A DNA stretch of 64,000 nt from a virus (Duplodnaviria; Caudoviricetes): IMG/VR virus record IMGVR_UViG_3300033061_000469, positions 6,590 to 70,589 of that record; one strand, written 5' to 3'. Under the pieces are notes generated by a model that made no database searches, had not been told where the DNA came from, and worked only from the letters and a program-made list of their open reading frames with translations. Positions 35,698-45,911 of the stretch are shown here, piece after piece. Position 1 is the first letter of the stretch. Every line of letters begins with the position of its first letter. The position numbers and the translations under genes are program-made.

Positions 35698-38193
35698 CTA
35701 CGTTTGAGGTTGTGCTAGGTACAACGCATAGGTTGTTCCCATTGGCAAAAACTCTTTAAGGTTTTTAGTTAATCTATTTTCTACCGATATACGATTTTTA
35801 TATAAATGGCTTCTTCCAGCATTAGCTACTCCGCCTTCCCAAAATAGATCTCCTGGTTCATTGCCATTTTCTCCGTCAAAGTAAGGAAGAACAAAAGGGC
35901 TTTTTTCAAACAACGCTGAATCTAACTCTATTATATCGCCAACAGCAGCCGACCAATTTATTTGTACGTGCGCGTAAGCAGCTGTAGACGGAGCGGTTCC
36001 AGTTACATACCCCCTTGTCCAATTAGAAGTCGCTGTTACTGCAGCGCCAACTGTGGTGCTAATTAAAGTTTTTGACACGTCGTACCAAGATATAGATGCG
36101 GTTATTTCTTTAGTTCCCGTTATAGTTTTTCCGTATACACTGAATGTATAAGAAGAGTCTGGATAATAAATTGGCATGTAATCGGCAGACGTTGTGTAAG
36201 ATTTAACTGCAACCGCGGTCCCAGTAGCTGTTACTTTTAAAGCGTTACCCGCATGATATACAGTGCCAGTAGTAGCAGTTGGCAACACATTAATATTAGT
36301 TTTTGCATATGTAAAAGTATTTTGTGTTCTTGCTGTAATCGTGTAAGCTCCATCAAAAGGGGTTCCTACCCCTGAAACAACCACTACTTCATTTATTTGA
36401 AATGGGTGTTTAGTTGCTGTTGTTATTATAGCAACATTACTTGTAAGTTCTTTATTAGTAATAGTATATATATCTACGCCTGGTTCTTGACTAAGAACGT
36501 CTATAGTATAAGATGCGTTAGTAACAGACCATGGAGCAATTGGACCAGCAAAATGTGGGTCTATAAGTTCATTTATTCTACTAGCTCTAGGTTTTATGTA
36601 TATTTGTCGAGCCTCATCAAACTCTGTAACAGAGGCGGATTGTTCAAACTGGGCGCAGTCAAAATAATGATGATTTCCGTTAGGTACTGAGGCAATAGAA
36701 ACTCCTGGGCACGCATAGTAAGCAGTTGCTGGTGCAGCAGCAGATACAAAAGGACGGATGCTGTTTGAAAACGCTATTGTGTTATCTGATACAGTTGAAC
36801 CAGAAGATGTTGATATGTATACGCCAAGCCTGTTAAACCATTTAATTTTTGCTGTTACATTTTTAGCAGTATATGACCCTTTTGATGCGTAAATACTAAA
36901 TGAATAAGTAAGCCCTGCTGTAATAGGAATACCTTCAGTTACTGGGGCAGTTAATCCACAATAAGCAGTTATTGTTCCAGTACTGCCAGTTTCATTATAA
37001 ATAGAAACCAGTCCATTACTTTTATTTGGAAAATTAGTAGGTGCGCTAGGTTCTTGCCATGGAAGAGGTACTGGAGCAATTACGCCAGAGGAATTAGTGT
37101 TTAAGTTGTACCCAGGAGTATTAATTACATCTCCGCCAGATAAACTAATCTCAATCCATCCAGCAGATTGATTAGATCCTGTTAATGTTACTGGACTAGC
37201 ATTATTAAATATTGGGTCTTTAACTCCACTTATAGTTATTTGATTACCTATGTCATAGTTGTGGGCGCCAATATAAAATCTAGCAGTATTACTTGTTAAT
37301 TGATAAGAAACTATTTTTTTAATTGCTAACTGGTCTATGCCTGTAGTAGTTTCCTCAGATACCCAGTGTCCTGCGCTTTCTTCAAATGAAGAGTCATTAT
37401 AATCAAGCATTAAATTGTGATTTATGGTTATTCCGTTAATGGGTGGATTTGGCGTACCAGCAATAGGTTTAGGCAAAGCCCAACCAGAAAATGCTTTAAT
37501 GTACTCACGTAATCCTTGGGCACTTCCTTTTTCTTGGTATAGTTGAAGAGCATCTCTTACTAAAATACGAGATTGTTGATACCCAATATTTTGTTCATAC
37601 TCAAGGCCAAATTGTTTTAAAAGTAAAGGGATTAAATTTCCATTAACTCGCTCAGTATTGTACCTATTAACTAAAAGATGAGTTACTGTTTGTATATAGT
37701 CAAGTTGAAACCCAAAAATATTTAAAAATCCTTGTAATTCTGTATTAACTAAAGAGTTGTCAATAGTATAAATAGTTGACAGCTTATAGGCGTCAGGTAA
37801 ATACTCGTATAAACGTTGTTGATTATTATAATTTTCTACCGACAACCCAATAACGTCTCCCGCACGAACCCATTTAAATTGGTTAGTTTCATAAACAAAA
37901 ATTGAATAATAATAATAACGTTCTGTTACAAGGTCAAATGTATCTATAAAAGTTGTTGGGTCTGACCCATTAAATACGTTTAAAAGTTGAACACCGTCAT
38001 ATGCATTTACAGGAAATCCGTAAGAATTTCTTACTAATTTAAGGTTAGACCAATTTCCTACAGGATCTACCCATGCTAATGTTATTTCTCCGTAATTACT
38101 AGATATAGCCGTAACTGGAGCAGCACTATATGTATTAATAACATCTGCGCCGTAATAAGACAGACCATAGTAATCTATTCCATAGCGTGACAT
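35698..38193 (-). CDS. baseplate wedge / tail protein (P2 gpI-like core plus carbohydrate-binding-like modules)
   Basis: LQGFLNIFG..LD...L.QFG...KGS..GL..YIKAFSG core. Follows baseplate J. Confidence 0.75.
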   Translation of the reverse strand: MSRYGIDYYGLSYYGADVINTYSAAPVTAISSNYGEITLAWVDPVGNWSNLKLVRNSYGFPVNAYDGVQLLNVFNGSDPTTFIDTFDLVTERYYYYSIFVYETNQFKWVRAGDVIGLSVENYNNQQRLYEYLPDAYKLSTIYTIDNSLVNTELQGFLNIFGFQLDYIQTVTHLLVNRYNTERVNGNLIPLLLKQFGLEYEQNIGYQQSRILVRDALQLYQEKGSAQGLREYIKAFSGWALPKPIAGTPNPPINGITINHNLMLDYNDSSFEESAGHWVSEETTTGIDQLAIKKIVSYQLTSNTARFYIGAHNYDIGNQITISGVKDPIFNNASPVTLTGSNQSAGWIEISLSGGDVINTPGYNLNTNSSGVIAPVPLPWQEPSAPTNFPNKSNGLVSIYNETGSTGTITAYCGLTAPVTEGIPITAGLTYSFSIYASKGSYTAKNVTAKIKWFNRLGVYISTSSGSTVSDNTIAFSNSIRPFVSAAAPATAYYACPGVSIASVPNGNHHYFDCAQFEQSASVTEFDEARQIYIKPRASRINELIDPHFAGPIAPWSVTNASYTIDVLSQEPGVDIYTITNKELTSNVAIITTATKHPFQINEVVVVSGVGTPFDGAYTITARTQNTFTYAKTNINVLPTATTGTVYHAGNALKVTATGTAVAVKSYTTSADYMPIYYPDSSYTFSVYGKTITGTKEITASISWYDVSKTLISTTVGAAVTATSNWTRGYVTGTAPSTAAYAHVQINWSAAVGDIIELDSALFEKSPFVLPYFDGENGNEPGDLFWEGGVANAGRSHLYKNRISVENRLTKNLKEFLPMGTTYALYLAQPQT

Positions 38194-38195
38194 AG

Positions 38196-39914
38196 CTAGT
38201 TAACAATTCCTCCAGTGGCTGTTACCGTAATAGTTCCTGTTGTTGGTATTTCGGACACACCGCAATTAATTTCTTCTACTGCCAATACTTGTAGTATTCC
38301 ACTTGGTGACACCGCCGTTGATGATACGTTATTTGCTGTTAAGGCATATGAAATAGTATTTGATCCTACTGCGGTTACAATAAATGACCCATTAAACGTT
38401 GAATCTACGCTAGATACTAAAATAACTTGCCCTACTTTAACGTTATGGACTGCACTAGTAGTTAACGTAGCTATATAAGACGTCAACGATTTATTACTAA
38501 TTGAAAAAGATTGTATGTCAGCAGTCCTACGGAGTAATGTAACATTAGCTTTGCTTACTCCATTAATACTTGTTACTGCTCCAAGTATATCTGTTAAAGA
38601 TATTGTGTCTTGAAAAATTACATTATTAAAATCTAATAAAGTGTTTATAGAGGCTGCTACCTCTGTTTTAACTAAATTTTGATTAGCTTTTGGTGCAATT
38701 GTTAAATCTACAATTGCATCTATAGGAACATATGTAGGAGGTTGAAACGTAATTGTTGTGTTTGCTGGAGCTTTATCAATTAAATATTCAAGTACAGTAG
38801 TTTTTAGTGAATTAAACACAGCAGACGGTGTAACACCATCTTCAGTAACACCTTTATCTCCAGAAGGAGCAAAATATAAAGTTATACTAGTGTACGTAGT
38901 TGCGTCAGCATTTGCTTTTGCAACACCATCAATTTGTACAGTTAATCTTGCATAATCGCTTAAAGATACTGCTCTGTTCAAAGCACGTATGCTATCTACA
39001 GCATTAATTCTAATTGAATCTGTTGATTCAATGTCTGATCCGCCAGTTGCTGCTCCGTCTCCAGTAGTTAATATATCTTGATTATTTACAGTTAAACCTG
39101 CCGTTAAATTTGTAAGAATATATTTAATAGTGCCCGTAGCAACATTTCCTTCAATTCCACCACCAACACGATAAGTTGCAAAAATTTCTGCGTTTAATGG
39201 GGGAATTTTTCCACTAACATCATCTCCAAATACTACGTAAGTTACACCATTAGCGTCAGTGTTTGTTGTAAAAACAGGATCTGTATTATTATAATCAATT
39301 AGGTATTCTACTCTGTTATAGGGAACACCATTAATATTTACAGTAATTGAGTTAGAAATTACAGGTGCATCAAGAAGTTGAAAAGTTTGTGCTGATGTCC
39401 CACTTGATGTTCCTATTTTTTCATTGTACACCGTAGATCCTTGGGTTGCACCTACTGTTACTGCTCCATTAGTTGATCCTACTTTAGCTGGAACTGTTAC
39501 AGAGGAATCTGTTTCAAAAATAATTTGATTTGATACTCCGCTTGTTACCGTGCTTGTTGCCACTTTAGTAAACGCAGGAACAAAAATAGTTGACGCGGTA
39601 GCGTTTTGAAATGTAAGAGTTACCGTAGAGGCTGTAGTTTGATTTGGAGAATAGCTTAATAGCCGAGCAAGTTGAAGAACACTTTCTCTTTGACTAGCGG
39701 TTGTAATAAAAGATTCGTTAGCCGACCTATCAATATAATAATTGAGAATGTCTCCCATGTAAGAAAATAATTCAATTAAGGTTATTCCAAAGTCTGCTGG
39801 GTCTCTGCTAGTCCAAGTAGGAGAAAACGTTGGAATTAATGAAATTAAATCATTTCTAATTGCGGTAAAATCCCTAGACGTATAATCTATTTGCGGTACG
39901 TAGTTATTAGCCAT
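38196..39914 (-). CDS. baseplate J-like wedge protein
   Basis: DYTSRDF..IR..L, GG.D.ES..SIR..A and RAVS..DY motifs. Confidence 0.92.
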   Translation of the reverse strand: MANNYVPQIDYTSRDFTAIRNDLISLIPTFSPTWTSRDPADFGITLIELFSYMGDILNYYIDRSANESFITTASQRESVLQLARLLSYSPNQTTASTVTLTFQNATASTIFVPAFTKVATSTVTSGVSNQIIFETDSSVTVPAKVGSTNGAVTVGATQGSTVYNEKIGTSSGTSAQTFQLLDAPVISNSITVNINGVPYNRVEYLIDYNNTDPVFTTNTDANGVTYVVFGDDVSGKIPPLNAEIFATYRVGGGIEGNVATGTIKYILTNLTAGLTVNNQDILTTGDGAATGGSDIESTDSIRINAVDSIRALNRAVSLSDYARLTVQIDGVAKANADATTYTSITLYFAPSGDKGVTEDGVTPSAVFNSLKTTVLEYLIDKAPANTTITFQPPTYVPIDAIVDLTIAPKANQNLVKTEVAASINTLLDFNNVIFQDTISLTDILGAVTSINGVSKANVTLLRRTADIQSFSISNKSLTSYIATLTTSAVHNVKVGQVILVSSVDSTFNGSFIVTAVGSNTISYALTANNVSSTAVSPSGILQVLAVEEINCGVSEIPTTGTITVTATGGIVN

Positions 39915-40311
39915 TTGATACCTCCAGTATTAACTCCCCTGATCGACTAAATATTGAAGTCTTTACTTTTGTTGTGTAAACTTGGTCGCCAGTGCCTACG
40001 TTGTAAGATACCAATAGTACCAAAGTTTGATCGTTTGGGTCTAAAGATCCAGTTAAATTTACAAAGTTTAATTCCTGTAACCAAATAGAAAATGCTGAAG
40101 CAACCGTTTGTTTTGTCATAACAATGGCGTCGTCCATGTTTTCAAATGAACCATATTTTGCAGCACTACCAAATGAAGGCCTCATTACTTTTTCCCCAAA
40201 AACAGTCATAACTACAAATACAACTCGATCTTGCCATATTTTTTGGGGGTCTTCACTATACGAGATAGCACCGCCGTTATTAAAAGAAAAAGGTAAAGTT
40301 ATTGCTTTCAT
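39907..40311 (-). CDS. gp25/gpW-like baseplate wedge protein
   Basis: I.LPF...T.FGEKVMRP.FGS motif. Confidence 0.88.
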   Translation of the reverse strand: MKAITLPFSFNNGGAISYSEDPQKIWQDRVVFVVMTVFGEKVMRPSFGSAAKYGSFENMDDAIVMTKQTVASAFSIWLQELNFVNLTGSLDPNDQTLVLLVSYNVGTGDQVYTTKVKTSIFSRSGELILEVSNG

Positions 40312-40796
40312 GGTTGTACTCCAATCCATATTGGAAAATTAGGGTCCCCAGCAATAAACATAACCCATACTCTTTGCCCTATTGCTGGAACTATTCTATG
40401 CGGAGTGTGCTCAAGCGTCTGGTTTACCTCTTGGTCATCATTCCATTTATTATCAGTGTCAATAGTAGTTTCGTGCTCATGGTCTAAACTTAATGAATTT
40501 CCCGCATGTGAAAATGTAACGGCTGTAGTGTGCGTGTGAGAAGGTGTGCCGTTAGACGAGCTTGTAAATGTAGCAGAGTGACCTACTAAAAGAGAGGCTA
40601 CTTCAGAGGCAAGATGCTTTTTATGGTCAGGGTGGTTTGAATTAGATGTTACGGGAAGACACGCTCTAGCCCACTCAGTAACTGAAGAACCTAGTACTTG
40701 AGGAACAATTAATTTAATTCGGTATTCTTTGTCTGGGTCATCTATATCAAAACATATACCATCGTAAACCCCATAAAATCTTTTATCTTCGTTCAT
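40308..40796 (-). CDS. baseplate spike (gp5/VgrG OB-fold, gpV-like)
   Basis: YGVY.G...D.D....RIKL.VP...WA..., P.IG..VWVMF..GDP..P.W.G. Confidence 0.88.
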   Translation of the reverse strand: MNEDKRFYGVYDGICFDIDDPDKEYRIKLIVPQVLGSSVTEWARACLPVTSNSNHPDHKKHLASEVASLLVGHSATFTSSSNGTPSHTHTTAVTFSHAGNSLSLDHEHETTIDTDNKWNDDQEVNQTLEHTPHRIVPAIGQRVWVMFIAGDPNFPIWIGVQP

Positions 40797-42136
40797 TATC
40801 TTTTTCCTAATGTTTTAAGCCTGTTTATAACAAAAGATGGTTGTTTAATGTCTGGAGTTTTAGAGTATATAGTAGCAGTTCCTGTTTTCCAAGTAGAAGA
40901 CTGAAGATTTTGATTGTTTATTTTTTGTTTAGGTTTATTTTTAACAGCAGTAAACGAACTAGTAGTTTTTGAATTAACGTTTAAAGAGTTAATATTTAAG
41001 CGTGATATTGGACGCACTACAGTTGACCGAACACCAGGTATAATAGTTCTATGTGGCACAGCATCTGGAGCCAAAATTTTATTTCCATCTATCCATGAGT
41101 TAATAGGGCCTAACGAATCAGATCCAACTTCTAATATTGTCGTAAATGTTTGTCTGTTTCTTTCAGTTTCTACAATTTTATGCTCAACGTTTAGTACAAC
41201 CCAATAGCCAGAGTACGCTGTTCCTAAACCTTCAAGATAAACTGGCATATCAGGTCTTAGTGTTGGGGAACCTATTACTTCTAGAGTTGCTCTATAAGGA
41301 AATGAATTTCTTTCTTCAGCCGCTTCAGATTCATATTTTGCTATCTCTGGGTCTACCGCAACTATGTGAGTAGCAAAGCTATCAAATGGATCTTCTTTTT
41401 TGTTGGCCCTAATAGAACGCTTATTTTTTTGTTTAGTCACCCTGACTTCTTCTTTATTAAATCTATCTACGCCCGCAACAGATACGGCAGATTTTTGAGC
41501 GTCTTCGTAGTCTATGTGTTCACCAATTAAAGGTTTAAACGAGTAAATATTTGTTCCTTTGGGATCATTAGCATTATGCATTACGTATATAGGGGCCTCT
41601 GACCTATATGTTGTGTAATCTTCGTACATAGGTTGAAAATATATTTCAGTATTTTGGGTGCGTAAAGTGTACCCACATTGTTTGGCTAATTTCACCATAA
41701 GTTCCCAATCCGTATGTCCTGCTTGAGATACTTGTTGATAAACTCTTGCGTGTGGGACTGTGTACGCAAAAAAATTATGTTTTCTAGCAATTTGTTCTAT
41801 AACTTTATCGGCAGTAATATTTGTGTAAACAGATTGAGACGGTGTTTTCATAACCATAGAGCTTCCTATTATTACAACTTCAGTGTGGTTAGTTCCAGGA
41901 GATTTTTGAGGATTTACATGCAATACATACCCATAAAAACTTCTTTTTGCATTATCACCAATAATCTCCATAAATACAGGAGATCCATATTTAATATCAT
42001 CATAATCAATTCCCCAGTCAGTAAACGTCACAGTAGCCATTTCATGTTCATATTTTCTGTGGTTAATGTAAGCAGAATAAATAAATTTAGGTTGATTAGA
42101 CGACTCTGGAAATGTTACTTTAATATAATTAAGCAT
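40796..42136 (-). CDS. baseplate hub (gpD/gp27-like late control protein)
   Basis: Q...TDW..M..LA..CG, G.P.LRP..PV.L.GLG..YSG.W.V..V.H. Confidence 0.88.
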   Translation of the reverse strand: MLNYIKVTFPESSNQPKFIYSAYINHRKYEHEMATVTFTDWGIDYDDIKYGSPVFMEIIGDNAKRSFYGYVLHVNPQKSPGTNHTEVVIIGSSMVMKTPSQSVYTNITADKVIEQIARKHNFFAYTVPHARVYQQVSQAGHTDWELMVKLAKQCGYTLRTQNTEIYFQPMYEDYTTYRSEAPIYVMHNANDPKGTNIYSFKPLIGEHIDYEDAQKSAVSVAGVDRFNKEEVRVTKQKNKRSIRANKKEDPFDSFATHIVAVDPEIAKYESEAAEERNSFPYRATLEVIGSPTLRPDMPVYLEGLGTAYSGYWVVLNVEHKIVETERNRQTFTTILEVGSDSLGPINSWIDGNKILAPDAVPHRTIIPGVRSTVVRPISRLNINSLNVNSKTTSSFTAVKNKPKQKINNQNLQSSTWKTGTATIYSKTPDIKQPSFVINRLKTLGKR

Positions 42137-42413
42137 TAGGTATTTTAATAACCGTTCCTGGAGTTATATTTAAAATATCTTTAATGTCTGGATTAACTTG
42201 TGCTATTGCCCACCAAAAACCAGGTTTTTTGTAATATTTAGTAGATATTTGGTCAAGCCGCTCACCTTGAGTGTATACATGATATGAGTATGACACTCTA
42301 CCAATATCTGGAAATTGATAAAAAACAATAGGAAGTAATTCTCCTGCTTGTTTTATTTGCACAAAGTCTACTAATGAGTATTCGTACCTGGACCCTTTTG
42401 CTATTTTTGGCAT
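42129..42413 (-). CDS. LysM/gpX-like baseplate protein
   Basis: GERLD.I...YY..P..WW.IA..NP.I......PG..I.IP. Confidence 0.88.
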   Translation of the reverse strand: MPKIAKGSRYEYSLVDFVQIKQAGELLPIVFYQFPDIGRVSYSYHVYTQGERLDQISTKYYKKPGFWWAIAQVNPDIKDILNITPGTVIKIPNA

Positions 42414-42426
42414 ATTAATATATCTC

Positions 42427-43725
42427 CTAGTTCCTATTTCCATAGCCAGAAAAAACCATGATATTTAAATTTACTACTGACCGTATTGGGATCATTGTTT
42501 CTGTAAATGCAGTGTGAGTTACAGATAAAGACATAGCTTGCCCAGCATAAGATATAGAATTAATATCTGGACCAAATTGAACTGCTATTATTCGTGGCGT
42601 TAAAAATCCAATATCAGCGGTAGGTTTTCCAAGAATGTTAGTCCACATAGTTTTTCCCACACCAGAACCATTTATTGTTTTGTATAAATATTCAATATCT
42701 GCCATTGTTCCAAGTTGTATTAATTTTGTTAACTGATCATTAAAATTTTGGAATTTATCTTCAAATGGGTACCTGTTTAAATAATACTTTCTGTATTCTT
42801 CTGTATTAAAATCAAGTGTTTCAGAAAGTCCCCTAAAACAAGCAAAATCATTAGTTCTGTCAACGTTTATAGTAAGAGATATATTCTCTTGACTTAAAAA
42901 TATACCAGCAGACGCTTTAAATATATCAGAAGAACTTGGAGTTACGCTTTGATTTAAACTAACGGAGTTAGATATGGTTTCTGGGTTCCATAAAAACTGA
43001 AATCCCCATTTAATATCTTTTGCAAAATCTGTTTCTTGGCTTAATCTTGCTTGTCTTTCCTGCTCTTCTTTTTTAGCTTTTGCTGCAGCAGCTTCTCTGG
43101 CTGCTGTTTCAGCTATGTATTTTTCAGCATATGCTGCGCCGTATGCGCCAGAGTTTTTTCCTAAAAACTCAAAAGGATTTTCTACGTTAGTTTGTTCTTG
43201 AGCTGCCCCAAAACTATAATCTGTATTTTTAAAGGTCCATATACGAGCTCGTCTAAACCCGTGAAATGCTTTAATATCTTTTTGTGATTTAGACAAACGT
43301 TTCTTAGGGTCATCTTTTAATAGGTATGAGTTTGCGCTAGCAGTAGCAATTTTTATTTCGTTATCGGTCATACCTAAAAACTCATTAATATTATACGTTG
43401 CGCTTACGTTACTTACGTTATGTGGTCTAGTTGGAAGACTCCATTGATGAGGAGGTAGATTAAATTTATAGTCAATTGGCTGTGTCGAACCAGGAATTGT
43501 ATCTAGTTTTACTCCATCATTAGTAGGACTTGGTTGAGTGTTAGCAGTTGGTGTTGTAGATAGAAACTTACTTATATCGCCAATAGAAGATTTAGTGCCC
43601 CCAGTTTTAGTTTTTTTATCAGATGGTTTTATATTCCATCCAGCTCTAACGTCAACTACAGGAGCTTTAGTTGGTTTTTTAACAGCGGAAGTTGTTCTTC
43701 TTAACGCAGATTCTTCAGAGCCCAT
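42427..43725 (-). CDS. tail tube initiator / baseplate hub protein
   Basis: FQFLWNPE.I...H..F...MIP.R..V pattern. Lies between TMP and LysM genes. Confidence 0.65.
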   Translation of the reverse strand: MGSEESALRRTTSAVKKPTKAPVVDVRAGWNIKPSDKKTKTGGTKSSIGDISKFLSTTPTANTQPSPTNDGVKLDTIPGSTQPIDYKFNLPPHQWSLPTRPHNVSNVSATYNINEFLGMTDNEIKIATASANSYLLKDDPKKRLSKSQKDIKAFHGFRRARIWTFKNTDYSFGAAQEQTNVENPFEFLGKNSGAYGAAYAEKYIAETAAREAAAAKAKKEEQERQARLSQETDFAKDIKWGFQFLWNPETISNSVSLNQSVTPSSSDIFKASAGIFLSQENISLTINVDRTNDFACFRGLSETLDFNTEEYRKYYLNRYPFEDKFQNFNDQLTKLIQLGTMADIEYLYKTINGSGVGKTMWTNILGKPTADIGFLTPRIIAVQFGPDINSISYAGQAMSLSVTHTAFTETMIPIRSVVNLNIMVFSGYGNRN

Positions 43726-45752
43726 TATGATCGTGCCGCCTTTCTTGCAATTTGATCAGCCTTTAATACTTCTTTAATTTGTTTTGCGGTTTCATTAGGG
43801 TTTTTATCCGCTTGAATTATTATTGTAACTCCGCCATAATTATTATTAGTACTTCCGCCGCTTGCGCCCCAAGCCATAGCTGCTGCTTGTGGGTTAGCTG
43901 CTTTAATCATATCCATATATGTTTGACCAGTTAACCCTCCAACTCCAGAACCACCACCTTGATCTGTTGTGTTTTTTGCTCCAAACCAATTGTAAGCATC
44001 TTGCCCTGTTTTACCACTAACCCAAGCTGAATTTGTTATTGCAGACATAATTTCTGCTTTAGAAGCTCCAGATTGAAGAGCTTTTATAATATTGGTATAC
44101 CCTCTTTTATCTGCGTTTGGTCCAGTCAAAGTAGAAATAGTTGATTGAAGCCCTTGTTCCATACTCGTATATGCTTTTACACCAACTTTATTAATTGAAG
44201 TGGCCCCTGACGCATTAAGAGTAGTATTTAATGGATTAAACTTTGCTTTATTTTTCCCTATTCCAGTAGATGGCCCACCGCCACCACCTTCATACCTCAT
44301 CCATGTTGTAATAGCGTCAATGGCATCTGGTGTTACTTGACCACCTAATCCCGTAATTAAACTGGAAGCAAACCCCTCTACCGCACCGCCCTTTTCTCTA
44401 AAACCACCAAATTGAAGTTTGTGGTTAGGTACTACTGTTCCATTTTGGTCAGGAACAAATAACTCTGGTCCTTTTTCTCCTACTACATACGCTTTACTTC
44501 CTTGCGCTGCGCCACCAGTTGCAAGACCTGGAATAATATTTTTAAGGCCAAGCGCGCCTAATATTTGGCCTATAGCACCGTTCCCAGTCATTGAAAAACC
44601 AGTTATTGCGTTACCTCCAGCGCTTCCTACTTTTAATACACCAGTTAAAGAATCAATAGAATTTACTAATACGCTCATAACTGAAGCTAAATCATTTGAA
44701 GTTTCTACGCCAAGTGCGCCTGATCTAGAAGTTTTAGCTAATGTATTAAATGATTGAGCTGTTCTATTTGCTTGACTTTCTAAAGCCCTAGTTGTAAATC
44801 CAGTTCTAGTAGCTTCTTCTCTAGAGTAATTTTTTGCTCCACTAGCTTTTGCATATAAAGCTGCCTCTAGTTGACTTCTTAATACTCCATCATTTCCTGC
44901 AACAGCGTCTAACATAATAGCTAAAGAGTTACCAGGTTGAAGAGAAGTAGCTAAATCATTTTGTGTTATTGCGCGAGACACAGATTTTTCTGAATTTATT
45001 TTATTCCAAAGTTGATTTGCTATTTCTGTGTAGCTTTTCATTTGACCAGTTAATGGGTCACGTGCTGTAATTCCAATCATACGCATCATGTTTACTGTCT
45101 GTGGGCGTTGTAATGAGGCATACGCACTCATTGTTCCTTCTAAACCAACACCTGGGGTAAAGTTAGACATTCCAGCTACGCCCATAGTTAAACTATCATA
45201 ATTAGATAAACCAGTACCAATTCCACGAGATTGACCAGTAGCATTCATTCGAGAAGCATCTAGTGTATTTATTCCAGTACCTTCGCGAAACATACGTGCT
45301 TGTAGGGCTTGTGCTTGGTCATACCTTGCCGCTAAATTTCCATTTCCATACCCATAAGCACCAGCATATGTAGCTAAATAATTTTGTTGAACTTGGGCAT
45401 TTGCTCCTGGCAATGCTTGCATACCAATGCTAGCAAGTGCAGCTGCTTTTTCTCCAAAACCTGGTTGGTTAAATAATTGTTTTACTCCGCCCCTGCCACC
45501 ACCAGTGTTGTCTTCTCCCATACCATTTCCAGGAGAAGGGGTAGGTTGATTAAATACTGTACTTGCGCTGCCACCGCTACGAGAACTCCCTTTAAAGTTA
45601 CCTACAGCATTACTTAAATTATTTACTAAAGTGGTAGAGTCTCTTACAGCATTTTTCATTAAATTTGCTACGTCAGAAACAACGCTTTTAACATCTCCAA
45701 CTACAGATGAAAAACGTGAACTTCCGTTAATATTAGGCAAAGTTGGTTCCAT
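43725..45752 (-). CDS. tape measure protein with C-terminal lysozyme-like domain
   Basis: Ala/Gly-rich helical body, A.GG....YVVGEKGPELFVP, then W...EGG..NPLNTT..Y.S...G...T...L. Confidence 0.8.
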   Translation of the reverse strand: MEPTLPNINGSSRFSSVVGDVKSVVSDVANLMKNAVRDSTTLVNNLSNAVGNFKGSSRSGGSASTVFNQPTPSPGNGMGEDNTGGGRGGVKQLFNQPGFGEKAAALASIGMQALPGANAQVQQNYLATYAGAYGYGNGNLAARYDQAQALQARMFREGTGINTLDASRMNATGQSRGIGTGLSNYDSLTMGVAGMSNFTPGVGLEGTMSAYASLQRPQTVNMMRMIGITARDPLTGQMKSYTEIANQLWNKINSEKSVSRAITQNDLATSLQPGNSLAIMLDAVAGNDGVLRSQLEAALYAKASGAKNYSREEATRTGFTTRALESQANRTAQSFNTLAKTSRSGALGVETSNDLASVMSVLVNSIDSLTGVLKVGSAGGNAITGFSMTGNGAIGQILGALGLKNIIPGLATGGAAQGSKAYVVGEKGPELFVPDQNGTVVPNHKLQFGGFREKGGAVEGFASSLITGLGGQVTPDAIDAITTWMRYEGGGGGPSTGIGKNKAKFNPLNTTLNASGATSINKVGVKAYTSMEQGLQSTISTLTGPNADKRGYTNIIKALQSGASKAEIMSAITNSAWVSGKTGQDAYNWFGAKNTTDQGGGSGVGGLTGQTYMDMIKAANPQAAAMAWGASGGSTNNNYGGVTIIIQADKNPNETAKQIKEVLKADQIARKAARS

Positions 45753-45911
45753 TATCTACCACCTCCAAATCTTTTAGCTCTGTCTATCCAGTTTTGTCGT
45801 TCTCTAAATGATAGAGAACTTATGTCACTTAGTGACCATCCACTAAATGTTCTTGTTAAAAACTCGTACTGATCGAGCAATGTCTCGTAATCTTTTTCGC
45901 TATATACGAAA
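45752..45911 (-). CDS. tail assembly chaperone C-terminal extension (gpT/gpE'-like), likely reached by +1 frameshift
   Basis: YEFL....GWSLSDI..L..RER..W motif. No credible start or SD. Lies in the +1 frame of the upstream chaperone. Confidence 0.6.

Noticed and set aside
45900-45902. TAG reassignment or stop readthrough as an explanation for the split chaperone
   Set aside because: In-frame readthrough gives only a short basic peptide (RKRLRDIARS...) ending at another TAG. The conserved motif is in the +1 frame, and genes elsewhere are intact under code 11.
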